NCBI GenBank assembly: GCA_963840855.1
Contig: CAWJBB010000035.1
Span: forward strand, 1 to 49,546
Direction: 5' to 3'
DNA length: 49,546 nt
DNA from: an uncultured delta proteobacterium
Lineage (GTDB): Bacteria; Desulfobacterota; Binatia; UBA9968
Shown here one piece after another: positions 20,281 to 30,042 of the stretch (positions are counted from its first letter, which is position 1; every line of letters begins with the position of its first letter). The notes below the pieces were generated by a model. The model searched no databases and was not told the DNA's origin. It saw nothing but the letters and a program-made list of their open reading frames with translations. A program made the translations under genes and the position numbers.

Positions 20281-21621
20281 CTACATCAGCTTCCGCTCGC
20301 GCCACTTGTCCCAGACGCGCTTGCATTCCGCCTCGGCCTCCTTGATAGCATCCTCGGGGCTCAGCACGCCTTGGGCGGCCTTGGCGAACATGACGTTGAG
20401 GGTCCATTTCTGATAGATCTCGTCGATAGCCGCATTGGCGTAACCGGGATAGCCGATATTGGTCGCCCAGCTGAGCACATCCTCCAGGACTCTGTACTTG
20501 TCAGGCGGCTGTGCTTTGGCGTCCTTGCTGATGAGTTGCTTCAGATCCGGCACCGTCCGTTGGAAGCAGGGGAAGTCGTAGAATTCACCGTTCAGGAACG
20601 CCTGGCGGAAATTGCCCACGAAGTCCACCAGAAATTTCTTGGCGCCGTCGATATTCTCGGCGAACTTCCAGATCACGTACACGTCCATCACGTGCTCGAG
20701 TCCGATCCGGCGCACGGGGCCGGCAGCCGCCTTGGCCAGGTGGATCTTTTCAGTGAAGGCCGGATTGTCCTTCTCGCCCGTGCGGGTAATCGAAATGGCA
20801 TTGAGGGCAAGCGAGATGGTGCCTGCCAGCATAGCGCGGTTATTGGATGAAGCGTCCCAGGTGAAAACTTCCGGGGTCATGGTCTCTTGAAATAGCGCCT
20901 TCACGTACTTCACAGCCTCGAGGGTGTTCTTGGAGTTCAAGGTTAGATTGCCATTGGCATCCTGCTCGTGGGAGCCGAAGGAGTACATAAGCGTACGCAT
21001 CGCCATGGCCGTATCGATCTCCTGCGCCAGGCCGATGCCGACTGGGATCTTGTGCTTCTGTTTGATCTTGCGGCCGCCTTCAAGAATTTTATCCCAGCTA
21101 TCGGGCGTAACCCCCACGTCGTCCCACAGGTCCTTTCGCCAGTTTATGGGGTCCGGTGTGAAGGAAGGGGAGAATCCGAAATACTTCTTCGTCTTCGGGT
21201 TGTACGTGCTCTTGATCGCCAGGTCGATGGGTTTACCGTGCTTCTTCTCACACTCGGCGTAGACGTCATTCATGTCCACCACCTGCTCTTCGTAAAACGG
21301 CGGCGGCCAGTTGAAGAGGAATAGATCGTGGCCCTTCTGAGCGGAGACCTCGGCCGCCGCGCGGGCGCTGAGCCCGGCGATGCCGATGTTGTCCACGGTT
21401 ACCTCGGTGTTGTTCTTCTCGCCCCATTCTTTGACGTATTTCTCGTTGAACCACTTGTCGAAAGCGGGAACGAAGTGCACCCACTGGATGATCTTTAGGG
21501 TCTTCTTAGCGCTGGCGCCATGGGACCACGCTGGCACAATGAGGTTCGTCCCAAGTCCGGCTGCCAAGGCCCCGGCTCCCGCCTTGATGAAATCGCGTCG
21601 AGTAACTCGTTTTCGCGCCAT
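20281..21621 (-). CDS. Sugar ABC solute-binding protein, Tat-exported
   Basis: TRRDFIK Tat motif; first gene of the operon. Confidence 0.9.
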   Translation of the reverse strand: MARKRVTRRDFIKAGAGALAAGLGTNLIVPAWSHGASAKKTLKIIQWVHFVPAFDKWFNEKYVKEWGEKNNTEVTVDNIGIAGLSARAAAEVSAQKGHDLFLFNWPPPFYEEQVVDMNDVYAECEKKHGKPIDLAIKSTYNPKTKKYFGFSPSFTPDPINWRKDLWDDVGVTPDSWDKILEGGRKIKQKHKIPVGIGLAQEIDTAMAMRTLMYSFGSHEQDANGNLTLNSKNTLEAVKYVKALFQETMTPEVFTWDASSNNRAMLAGTISLALNAISITRTGEKDNPAFTEKIHLAKAAAGPVRRIGLEHVMDVYVIWKFAENIDGAKKFLVDFVGNFRQAFLNGEFYDFPCFQRTVPDLKQLISKDAKAQPPDKYRVLEDVLSWATNIGYPGYANAAIDEIYQKWTLNVMFAKAAQGVLSPEDAIKEAEAECKRVWDKWRERKLM

Positions 21622-21770
21622 GCTATCCTCCTTTCAGAGTCTAGACCTGTGTCCTTTGCGAGCGGTTAATCTAACGGCGAAAACAAAATCGTACCAAGCA
21701 CCTTATCTACGTCTCCGAGCACAAAGTCGCTGCCGCGAGAACTGACCCTGCATCACCATTTTTGAAGCAA

Positions 21771-21800
21771 TGTATATCCGACAAAGGAATCTGATGTCAA
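21771..21800 (-). promoter_or_regulatory. Possible sigma70 promoter for the sugar ABC operon
   Basis: TTGACA-18 nt-TATACA on the minus strand. Confidence 0.35.
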
Positions 21801-21911
21801 TTTACCATAGTATCAATGGATTTGGTTCGGTAAGACAGAAGGCCCGCACCGGCTCCGGAACGTGAGCTCCTTCGAAAATTTGGTTGGGGTGGAGGGGCTA
21901 TTGCATCAGAT

Positions 21912-22252
21912 TTGCGTAAGTTGCGTAAGCATTACAATACGAGGTCGTCGTTCCGGCATGGACTGCCGGAACCCAGATTGACATGGATGTCTCCGGACGC
22001 ATCCTGCGGGCCTGGATGCCAATATCCCCAGTAGTTTCTGGTTTCTAGTTTCAGGTTTCTGGTTGCTAACCGGTTGTGAGTTATTGATGTTAACTTGAGA
22101 CCAGAGACTAGAAACTAGAAACTCAAGAAAACCATGCCGGCATGACGGAAGCTGCCGAAGGCCAAACCCCGTCGAAAATTGGCGTTGGCGTGGAAGGATG
22201 TACGTCCTTTTTTTTGCTCTGTGGGCGAGCGCAAGCTCATGAAACACTTCGT
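21912..22252. repeat. MITE/REP-derived repeat, copy 2, with about 105-bp heptamer hairpin insert
   Basis: Matches copy 1; insert of GTTTCTR-like units followed by inverted TAGAAAC-like units at about 22028-22131. Confidence 0.85.
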
Positions 22253-22377
22253 GGAAAATTTTTTCAAAGGCAAGATAGTCGGCGGGCTTCTCGAACAGCC
22301 GCAAGCGACCGACACGGCGGTTTAAAACGTGGTGGCTATCATAATCCACCGATGGAAACCCGAGGACGGCGTGGCAT
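22253..22377 (-). pseudogene. RAYT transposase N-terminal remnant
   Basis: MPRRPRVSIGGL* then HVLNRRVGRLRLFEKPADYLAF, cut off at the repeat. Confidence 0.75.
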
Positions 22378-22575
22378 CAGATCGCTTCTATCACCGGACC
22401 GGCTCTCCTGTCGATAAAAGACTCCTTTTCTCCCTTCATCACGTTTCAGATTCCGGTTTCACCGATTAAGAAGGATTTGCTAACCAGGGTTGGAACAAAA
22501 CCGGAACAATTTTTTTCAAACTCTTGGTCAGATGATTGATTGATCTATGTGAAAGAGTCGGCTTCGTCCTTTGCA

Positions 22576-22605
22576 AATTGAGTTGATGGAGAATTCAGTA
22601 CAATC
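22576..22605 (+). repeat. Putative recombination site (GGAGAA spacer)
   Basis: AATTGAGTTGAT-GGAGAA-TTCAGTACAATC. Confidence 0.75.
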
Positions 22606-23259
22606 CTGGCATCGCCGCTTGGTTTTCTGCCATCACTTGATCACTTTATCCGCTCTATACAGCATAGATTGCGGAATGGTCAGACCGATCTGCTTGGCCG
22701 TCTTGAGATTGATCACCAGCTCGAACTTCGTTGGCTGCTCCACCGGCAGATCGGCGGGCTTGGCGCCCTTGAGGATTCTGTCCACGTAGGTGGCGACGCG
22801 CCGGTCGCTGTCCGTGAGGTCCGCCCGGTAGGACATGAGGCCACCAGCCTCTACATGTTCTCTGCTGGAGTACACCGATGGTAGCCGGCTCTTTAACGCA
22901 AAGCCCACGACCCGTTTTCGGTTAGGACGCATTAGCCCGCCCGCGGTCAACGGGTAGAGTCCATCCGGGCGCTCCTTGTTTAGCGCAGCAAAGACCTTAT
23001 CGAAGTCGTCCACCGCTCGTATCTCCCAAGGTTGAATAGTCAACTTTAGCGCACGCGCGTCGGCTGGGAGAAGCTCTTTCACCTCGTGTAAACTGGGCGG
23101 ACTGGCCGGATCATAGAGAACCGCGACACGGGAAAGTTTGGGAACCGCTTCTTTGAGCAGCTCCAGCCGCTTCCCGCCCAGTTCTCTGTTAAGGGTTGTA
23201 AGGCCGGTGACGTTGCCGCCGGGACGAGCAAGGCTTTCAACATGGCCTTATATTAGGTC

Positions 23260-23460
23260 TGTTGCAGATTATCATATTGGAGATCATGTTTATGTGACAC
23301 TGATTTCAAGAGCTTGCTGGAATGAGGACCATCGGGGCCTAATCCCTCTCACGAGGATCAAGGGCAGACTGTCCCGTCCAGTAAGAGAACGGATCTGAGG
23401 TTCAATAGAAAGTTGTCCCTTTGTTGAGGACTTATATAAGGCGAACTTTCCGTTCATAGC
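23260..23460 (+). ncRNA. Putative IS110 bridge RNA (boundaries approximate)
   Basis: Guide-like segments match target (AGGGCAG vs CTGCCCT) and donor (ATATAAG vs CTTATAT; ATAGAAAGT vs ATAGAATGT), each pair flanking a hairpin. Confidence 0.7.
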
Positions 23461-23499
23461 TATTGGAATTGGAAGAACACAACCAAGGAGGAAGAGAGA

Positions 23500-24726
23500 G
23501 TGAAACGATACTATGTGGGAGTGGATTGGGCTGATGAATTTCACCAGGTATGGGTCAGCGATGCCGAGGGCAAGAAAGTAGCCGAGATGAAGGTTGAGCA
23601 GAGTCCCAAGGGCATGGGCGAGTTTGGCCGTTGGTTCCATGAACGTCAGGCAGAACAGATAGAGCTTTGGGCGGCCATCGAGAAGCCCCAGGGGCGGATT
23701 GTGGATTTTCTGTTGGACCACAGGGTAGTGGTCTATCCGGTTAATCCCAAGGCCCTGGACCGGGTCAGGGACCGGTTTCGCATGAGCCAATCCAAGAGCG
23801 ACTCCTTTGATGCTCATGTGTTGGCGGACTTTGTCAGGACCGATCATGCTCATTTGCGAGCTCTTGAGCCTAACTCCGCTCCGGCCCAAGAGTTTAAGAT
23901 GCTCACCCGGGATCACCACCGATTGGGGCGCCATAAGACTCGGCTCATCAATCAGATCGAGGCAACGCTCAAAGAGTATTACCCTCGCCCCCTGGAGGTT
24001 TTCTCTGATCTGGAATCGAAGATTGCGTTGGATTTTCTCACCCAGTATCCGACTCCACGGGCACTGTCTGATCTTACCCGTAGAAAATGGAACCGCTTTG
24101 CCAAGCGCGAGCACCATCTCAGTGAGGCGCGCTGTAAAGAGCTGTGGGAGAAGCTGAACCAGCCGCAGTTGGGAATTCCAGAACACGTGATCAGAGCCAA
24201 GGCGCAATTGCTTTTGGTGCTCGTCGCTCAGCTTAAGGCCTTGGCTCAGGCGGTGGAGAGCTACAGCGAGGAGATCCAACGTTTTTTCGCCTCTATGCCG
24301 GCGGCTAAGCTTGCGCAGACACTGCCGGGAGGAAAAAGTGGGACCATCGTACCGATGCTTTGGGCCGAGCTGGGCGATGTCAAGAGCCGATGGAAATCCT
24401 TTAGGCACCTTCAAGCCGAAGCGGGAGGGGTCCCGGTAACCCAATCCAGCGGCAAGAGCCATGTCGTACTGTTTCGTTTTGCCTGTAACAAGCTGATGCG
24501 ATACGCCTCGTACTGGTTGTCGTTTAACTCGCTCAATCGCTGTGAGTGGGCGAACAAGTACTATCGCGACCAACGGGCGAAAGGACATCATCATCCCCAA
24601 GCGCTTAGGGCTTTGGCAGCGAAGTGGTTGAAAATTATTTTCATCATGTGGAGAGACGATAAGCCGTACGATGAGAACTATCACTTGGCGAACATCGCCC
24701 GTCAGACGATGCGCCAGGCGGCATGA
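23500..24726 (+). CDS. IS110 DEDD recombinase/transposase
   Basis: YVGVDWA, AIEKP, KSDSFDA, PVTQSSGK. Confidence 0.95.
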   Translation: MKRYYVGVDWADEFHQVWVSDAEGKKVAEMKVEQSPKGMGEFGRWFHERQAEQIELWAAIEKPQGRIVDFLLDHRVVVYPVNPKALDRVRDRFRMSQSKSDSFDAHVLADFVRTDHAHLRALEPNSAPAQEFKMLTRDHHRLGRHKTRLINQIEATLKEYYPRPLEVFSDLESKIALDFLTQYPTPRALSDLTRRKWNRFAKREHHLSEARCKELWEKLNQPQLGIPEHVIRAKAQLLLVLVAQLKALAQAVESYSEEIQRFFASMPAAKLAQTLPGGKSGTIVPMLWAELGDVKSRWKSFRHLQAEAGGVPVTQSSGKSHVVLFRFACNKLMRYASYWLSFNSLNRCEWANKYYRDQRAKGHHHPQALRALAAKWLKIIFIMWRDDKPYDENYHLANIARQTMRQAA

Positions 24727-25255
24727 AAAAAAATAAACAGGGGACTTGACAAGTCTCATAGAATGTCTGCCCTAACAGGATCGGACCCAAGGCCCATCAT
24801 AACGATGGGAATCGTCTTGGTTGCATTCTTGGCCGCCTGGATCGTCACGTCCCCTGACGCTACCACGATGACATCAACCTTCAGACGCACAAGCTCCGCC
24901 GCAAGCCCAGGCTCCCGCTCGGGCCTCCCCTCCGCATATCGGTACTCAACGCCGATGTTCTGTCCTTCTATGTAGCCAAGCTTGCGCAGAGCCAGCCGAA
25001 TTCCCTCGGCGCGGGCGGAGTCAGTAGCTGCATCGGTGTTCGATAGATACCCTATCCGTGGGACCTTCTTCGCCTGCTGCGCCTCTGCCCTCGCCCCGAC
25101 CAACGTGAGCGCGAGGACGATTGCAAAAAGCCCCGCCCATTTTCGATTTTGGATTTTAGATTGTCGGAAAAAGACTCCAACCATCGCGCCCAAGATCTTC
25201 TATTCATTCTCTTGCCCTCAATCGAAAATCGGCAATCGAAAATCCAAAATTGGAT

Positions 25256-25332
25256 CACTTGATCACCCTGTCCGCTCGCGCCAGCACATTCGGCGGGATC
25301 GTCAGGCCGATCTGCTTGGCGGTTTTCAGATT
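25256..25332 (-). pseudogene. 3' fragment of another ABC_sub_bind gene
   Basis: NLKTAKQIGLTIPPNVLARADRVIK*. Confidence 0.8.
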
Positions 25333-25378
25333 AGCGTGCGGCGCGATCTGGAACACTTCGCGCGCCACCGACCACTAC

Positions 25379-25497
25379 GCCGCCCAAGCCAGCCGAAGCA
25401 ACATTGGGATTTTCATCAACCAGAAAGACGATTGACAACTCGCCGGGCTGGCGATAAAGCTCCGACCAGAAAAAAAGGTTGTTTAAATTTCCTATAC
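25379..25497 (+). mobile_element. ISCR/IS91 oriIS end, copy 1
   Basis: Ends GGTTGTTTAAATTTCCTATAC; repeats 28918..29033. Confidence 0.75.
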
Positions 25498-25711
25498 GTG
25501 GCCGCCGCTGGGAGTCAGGCTAGAGGGGCGAACGGGAAATCTCCCCTCGTCGTGACTTGCACCCGACCAGTTCGCGGTTGGTAGTGAGGCTGCACGATAG
25601 GCAACATGAACGGCCTCCGGAGGTGGTCGCCCCGTTCTTCGCCCCCGTCAACCCGACATAATCTCCCAGACTCGGACGCGGGCCGCCCAGGAGCCCGATG
25701 CCACAGCAGCC

Positions 25712-25800
25712 GCTGGTTCCAAGAAGGAGCGCTCGGGCCACGCCTCGCCGGCGCGGCGGTGGTGCTGGCCGGGGTGATCTGCGTGGCGCTCGCGCGCTGA
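25712..25800 (+). pseudogene. C-terminal fragment of an EamA/DMT-like transporter
   Basis: EGALGPRLAGAAVVLAGVICVALAR*. Confidence 0.5.
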
Positions 25801-25828
25801 GTGGCGGCGCGGCGGTCGGTCGAAGGCG

Positions 25829-25957
25829 TCAGTCGTTGATCTTCTCCACGTTGCCGTTGAAGAAGCCGCTCCTGGAGATGACGAGCGAGTCGGTCGTGAT
25901 GTTCCCGTTCGCGCGGCCCGTCTCGGTGATCTCGACGTTGCCGGTGGCGACGACCAT
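25829..25957 (-). pseudogene. Bactofilin C-terminal fragment
   Basis: Manual translation VVATGNVEITETGRANGNITTDSLVISRSGFFNGNVEKIND*. Confidence 0.65.
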
Positions 25958-26174
25958 AGAGCGTAGCCATCATCAACGGGATCTCCAGGGGCGGGGCGGT
26001 CGGGGGTTGACCCAGGGGGGTCTCGTCAAATGTTCCGAGATATGTGGTCATGTTGGACGGCATTTGGACCATTTTTAGAGACGCGAATACGTCCAGTGTC
26101 CAGGGCATACACGATGGCAGCACGTGTCTGAGCAATGCGTGAGTCACCTCTGTTGACCGTCAGGAAGGGTAAGT

Positions 26175-27974
26175 ATGGGCAATCGGTATCAGCAAAAGCC
26201 AGACGCAGACAACCGTCGGAAACGCCAGCCAGAGGTTTCCAAGCCCACGATGATGCGCGTGGTGCAGAACCTACCGCCGCCTTCGCGTTTAACACCTTCC
26301 GCCACGCTGCGGTTGCAGCGCACGATTGGCAATCAGGCGGTGCAGCGGTTGCTGCCTCAACTCACGCTCACTGCTAGGGTGCGCGGGGTGGTGCAGACCA
26401 AGCTGACCGTCCCTAACAGGGCTACCGGACTGCACGTGGCGCGAAGCGCGCCGACGGGGGTCATCCAGCGTTATGCAGCACGCGAACACGTCAGGTTCGG
26501 CGAAGTCAAGTCGATGATCACGCCGCAAGAAAAGAAGCACACCGTCAAGCCGGATTCGCCAATCTACCACCCGGTGGAGACGGGCGAGTCGGCTTCTAAG
26601 ATTGCGACAAAATATGGGATATCGCAGGACTTCCTGATCGCCCGCAACGCCGCGCGCTATCAAGTCGTCGATACGCCGGATGGCCCCAAGCCTGTGGGCT
26701 TTACTAAGGGCGACGTGCTGGTGCTGCCCGGCAAAACGGTCGCCGACGTCGCCTCCGAGACCGGCGTCTCGGAGGCGAGCATCCTCGCCAGCAAAGCGAA
26801 CACAGTCGAGACCTGGACCGTGCCGATCACACTGAAGGAATTTAAGGGCTTCGACCGCGACCAGACGGTCATCGTATCCACGGAGATGGAGGTCACGCAC
26901 GGCGCGTGGGCTTCTCAGGCAACGGGCCAAGAACCCATCAAGATTCAAGGCATCGAATTCAACTACGGCCAAGTGATCGCGTTGGGCGGCGATCTCTATG
27001 GGGACCCTGAGCATATGTTCAAGGCCGATAAGAGGGAATTGGAGGCCTTGAAGGCTCTGCTCGTCAAAGAGGCTAAGGATCCCAAATCGGTCACCGACGA
27101 CGACTGGGACCTCGCCACCGGCGGCCGCTACCTCAAGTTGGCTGAAGTCAACACCTCACATTATGGCCCGCATGACCGGGCGCTCACGCCGGTCATGAGC
27201 AAATCCGACGTCAATCACAAAAGCGAGTGGGAAAAATACCACCGCCAGGCGCTGGTAGCGGCACAAAACGGAGATAAGGACAAGGCCCTGGGCACCAACG
27301 CCTTTGCCGACCACTTCCTGACAGACGCTTTTGCGGCCGGACACCTGTTCAACAAGGAAGACGTGATGGCACGCTTTGAGAAAAAGTTCGACGCGAAAGC
27401 GCAGGAGACGTTCTTCCATGACGTCGCTTACGCCGCCTGGTCCAAAGTAGGGGATAAGCTGGACAAGTACGAGACGTACGATACGACCGCGGCCAAACAC
27501 TGGAATATCAGCTTTCCGGAGTACTTCCAACAACTGCTGCAAGGGATTTACGCCGACAAGGACGGCAAGGGCACAGTGCTCAATATGGTCGTGCTCATGA
27601 TCCACGACGATCTGAACAAACAGGGCGTCGAGGTCGAGAACCAGAAAGGCGACAAGTGGCCTCTGTCGGGTGACGGCAAATTGAACGACCGCAGCCTGGC
27701 CATCGGTAGGCAGGCGGTCGCCCAGTCGCAAGTGAACGTGCTCAACAGCGTGGGCAAGACGAGCACGCTCGATTTCCCGGCGCTGTTCAAGAGGGTCTGG
27801 GACTTTACGCCGCGCCCCACCACGAGCGGGGGGAAGTTGATCGACCAGTTGATCAGCCGGACTACGAACCCTGCCAACCCTACGACCGTCCGCGCCGCCG
27901 TCGATATCATTGTCGCGAAGATAGATATCATTCTCAAAAAGTTGGTCGAGCGCAAGAAACTGAAGAAAGCGTAG
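26175..27974 (+). CDS. eCIS-cargo-like protein with LysM region and putative Zn-phospholipase C-like C-terminus
   Basis: LQRTIGNQAVQRLL, VQTKLTV, VIQR; HPVETGESASKIATKYGIS; ADHFLTDAFAAGH. Confidence 0.65.
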   Translation: MGNRYQQKPDADNRRKRQPEVSKPTMMRVVQNLPPPSRLTPSATLRLQRTIGNQAVQRLLPQLTLTARVRGVVQTKLTVPNRATGLHVARSAPTGVIQRYAAREHVRFGEVKSMITPQEKKHTVKPDSPIYHPVETGESASKIATKYGISQDFLIARNAARYQVVDTPDGPKPVGFTKGDVLVLPGKTVADVASETGVSEASILASKANTVETWTVPITLKEFKGFDRDQTVIVSTEMEVTHGAWASQATGQEPIKIQGIEFNYGQVIALGGDLYGDPEHMFKADKRELEALKALLVKEAKDPKSVTDDDWDLATGGRYLKLAEVNTSHYGPHDRALTPVMSKSDVNHKSEWEKYHRQALVAAQNGDKDKALGTNAFADHFLTDAFAAGHLFNKEDVMARFEKKFDAKAQETFFHDVAYAAWSKVGDKLDKYETYDTTAAKHWNISFPEYFQQLLQGIYADKDGKGTVLNMVVLMIHDDLNKQGVEVENQKGDKWPLSGDGKLNDRSLAIGRQAVAQSQVNVLNSVGKTSTLDFPALFKRVWDFTPRPTTSGGKLIDQLISRTTNPANPTTVRAAVDIIVAKIDIILKKLVERKKLKKA

Positions 27975-28224
27975 AGTCGCACGGTATCACCGCTGCTCGA
28001 GCTGCCACGGCCGCCAAACCGTTTATAAAGTCGCACACGATCACGTACTTCGCCAAAGCTCTTAACTTCGCACTTCAGCTCAACGGCGCTTTAACGCGCG
28101 CGAATGGAGCCACGTCAACGGCAGTTGCTCTCAACCAGCTTGGTCAAGTGTCCCTCAGTGTTGACGACGTGGACGCTGAGCTTGCAAAGCGTGGCGAGCG
28201 CAGACAGGCCATCCGCCCCGGAGC

Positions 28225-28815
28225 TGTGTACCAAACTCCACGGCTTCAGCCTTCATGCGGCGGTGCGCTGGGGCGCCGATCAGCGCCAACAACTGGAGCA
28301 CCTGTGCCGCTATATCACCCGCCCGGCGATCGCCGACGAACGGCTCAAGCGTAACCGCGCCAGCCAAGTCGTGTTGCAACTGAAGAGTGCATACAAAGAC
28401 GGCACCACCCATGTCGTCATGGAGCCGCTGGAGTTCATGGAGCGCGTGGCGGCCCTGGTGCCGCGCCCGCGTCTGCATCTGATCCCGTTCGACAGGTCTC
28501 AGGGCAGGCCGCTTCGACGGTGTGCTGGCGCCCAACGCGAAGTTGCGCAGTAAAATCGTTCCCGCTCCGGCACAGCGTGCCACTGAGGCTTCAACCGATG
28601 ACGCGCACGCGCAGGGCGCGCCGGCGCGCATGAGTTGGGCCAGGCTGCTCAAACGGGTCTTCGACATTGACATCGACCACTGCCCGAACTGCGGCGGCAG
28701 CTTAAAGATCATCGCCGCAATCGAAGATCCGCCGGTGATTGTCAAAATCCTCAGCCATCTGGGCCTACCGACCCGCGCCCCGCCGCAGCGATTCGATCTA
28801 TTCCAGACAATCTGA
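28225..28815 (+). pseudogene. ISCR/IS91 transposase C-terminal part, frameshifted
   Basis: GFSLHA, LCRYITRP, LVPRPRLHLI, GVLAPNAKLR, WARLLKRVFDID, CPNCGG. Confidence 0.9.
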
Positions 28816-28917
28816 GGAGCCGAAACCGGTTGCCAACGCCAGCCGACGCTGCCGCTCGCTCTGAGTTCGAGCGAGCGGCGCAATAAAAAACAAATCGCGC
28901 CTCTCCGACCGCTGCGC

Positions 28918-29033
28918 CGCCCAAGCCATCCGAAGCAACACCGGGATTTTCACTAAACGCACGTGCGCTTGACCGCTCGCGGGTTCGGCGATATAGCTCC
29001 GGGCAGAAAAAGGTTGTTTAAAATTTCCTATAC
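28918..29033 (+). mobile_element. ISCR oriIS end, copy 2, with outward promoter-like motif
   Basis: Follows the transposase; TTGACC-17-TATAGC; ends TTTCCTATAC. Confidence 0.8.
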
Positions 29034-29397
29034 AGAGCATGTGCAACTCTACAAAGCGTTCGGCTGGCAGGCGACCGAGTTCATCCAGATGCCGCTCTTG
29101 CGCAACGCCGACAAATCGAAGATCAGCAAGCGCAAAAATCCCGTGTCGCTCAACTTCTACGAGCGCGCAGGATTTCTGCCTGAAGCGATGCTGAACTATT
29201 TGGCGCTGATGGGGTGGACGCTGCCCGATCAGCACGAGAAGTTTCCGATCAAAGACATGATCGAACACTTCAGCTTCGATCGCATCAGCCTCGGCGGGCC
29301 GGTGTTCGATTTGACGATGGAAGTACTCGGTAAGAAAGTGTGCCGAACGCGCCTGCGTGACGCGATCGGTGCCCTCGCCGCAGTGAAGCCGAGTTGA
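29034..29397 (+). pseudogene. gltX: Glutamyl-tRNA synthetase fragment with internal deletion
   Basis: [18 protein letters not shown] (KMSKS motif), [19 protein letters not shown] then jumps to the C-terminus MEVLGK. Confidence 0.85.
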
Positions 29398-29399
29398 GC

Positions 29400-30041
29400 A
29401 TGCTCGAAACGCTTCGCTCGGAGCTCGGGCTCGCGCGCAGGGCGATCACGCGGACGTTTCTCGTGGCGCTGCTGGTGTCTGGCACCGCCTTCGTCGTGCT
29501 CTTCAACATCGCGGTGCTCAAAGATGGCGTCGCCTCGGTGGTCGATGCCGTGGTGAAGGTCGGCGTCGCCTTCGGTTTCGCCGTCACGTACGCGGTCACG
29601 CTCGCGCTCGTCGCAGCGGCCATCGTGCTCGGATGGCACTTGTTCGGTGCGTTCCTGGCTTTGCCCTTCGTGCTCACGCCCTTGCTCTTGCTGCTCGTTT
29701 TTTGGCTCGGCGGCGGGCTCGTACTTTCATTTGTTGGCGATTTGCTCCAGGCGCTCGAAACATCGGCGAAGGCCGCGCTCGACAGCGGCGCGTTCGACGG
29801 TCTTCGCGTTGCGCACGCAGGCGGCCCTGCGGCGCTCATCATCTTGCTGGTGATTCTGCCGTGGATCATCATCACGGCGCTGCCTGTGCTGCTCGGGCCG
29901 CCGGTGCTCTTGGCGCTGCTGAAACTGCTTGCCGGGCTCGGGTTCCTGGTTGTCGTCGCCATCGGGCTCGCGCTCCTCGTGTCTCTGCCGGCGCTCGCGT
30001 GGGCGCTCGTCCACCGCGTTCGCGCGCGTCAGCGGACGTGA
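29400..30041 (+). CDS. Hypothetical multi-pass membrane protein
   Basis: Strongly hydrophobic ORF directly after the gltX fragment. Confidence 0.65.
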   Translation: MLETLRSELGLARRAITRTFLVALLVSGTAFVVLFNIAVLKDGVASVVDAVVKVGVAFGFAVTYAVTLALVAAAIVLGWHLFGAFLALPFVLTPLLLLLVFWLGGGLVLSFVGDLLQALETSAKAALDSGAFDGLRVAHAGGPAALIILLVILPWIIITALPVLLGPPVLLALLKLLAGLGFLVVVAIGLALLVSLPALAWALVHRVRARQRT

Positions 30042-30042
30042 C

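Larger units (their letters stand above)
23249..24768 (+). mobile_element. IS110-family element with CT core
   Basis: CT at 23247-48 and 24767-68; removing the element restores the host gene. Confidence 0.92.
22633..25207 (-). pseudogene. Orphan ABC substrate-binding protein (ABC_sub_bind type) split by IS110
   Basis: Parts 24769..25207 and 22633..23248 rejoin as GSDPVRAGHVESLARPGGN; ends ADLPVEQPTKFELVINLKTAK. Confidence 0.9.

Noticed and set aside
21881-21897. tRNA 3'-end att remnant (CCCCTCCACCCCAACCA on minus strand)
   Set aside because: No T-loop and no second copy in the window
22490-22535. Island end with GGAACAA direct repeats and a GTCAGATG arm-like motif
   Set aside because: No matching partner at the other end; too weak to call
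23290-24759. 489-aa minus-strand ORF
   Set aside because: Antisense shadow of the IS110 transposase
26014-26060. Tn3-like terminal repeat starting GGGGTCT
   Set aside because: Lacks the rest of the 38-bp consensus and has no partner
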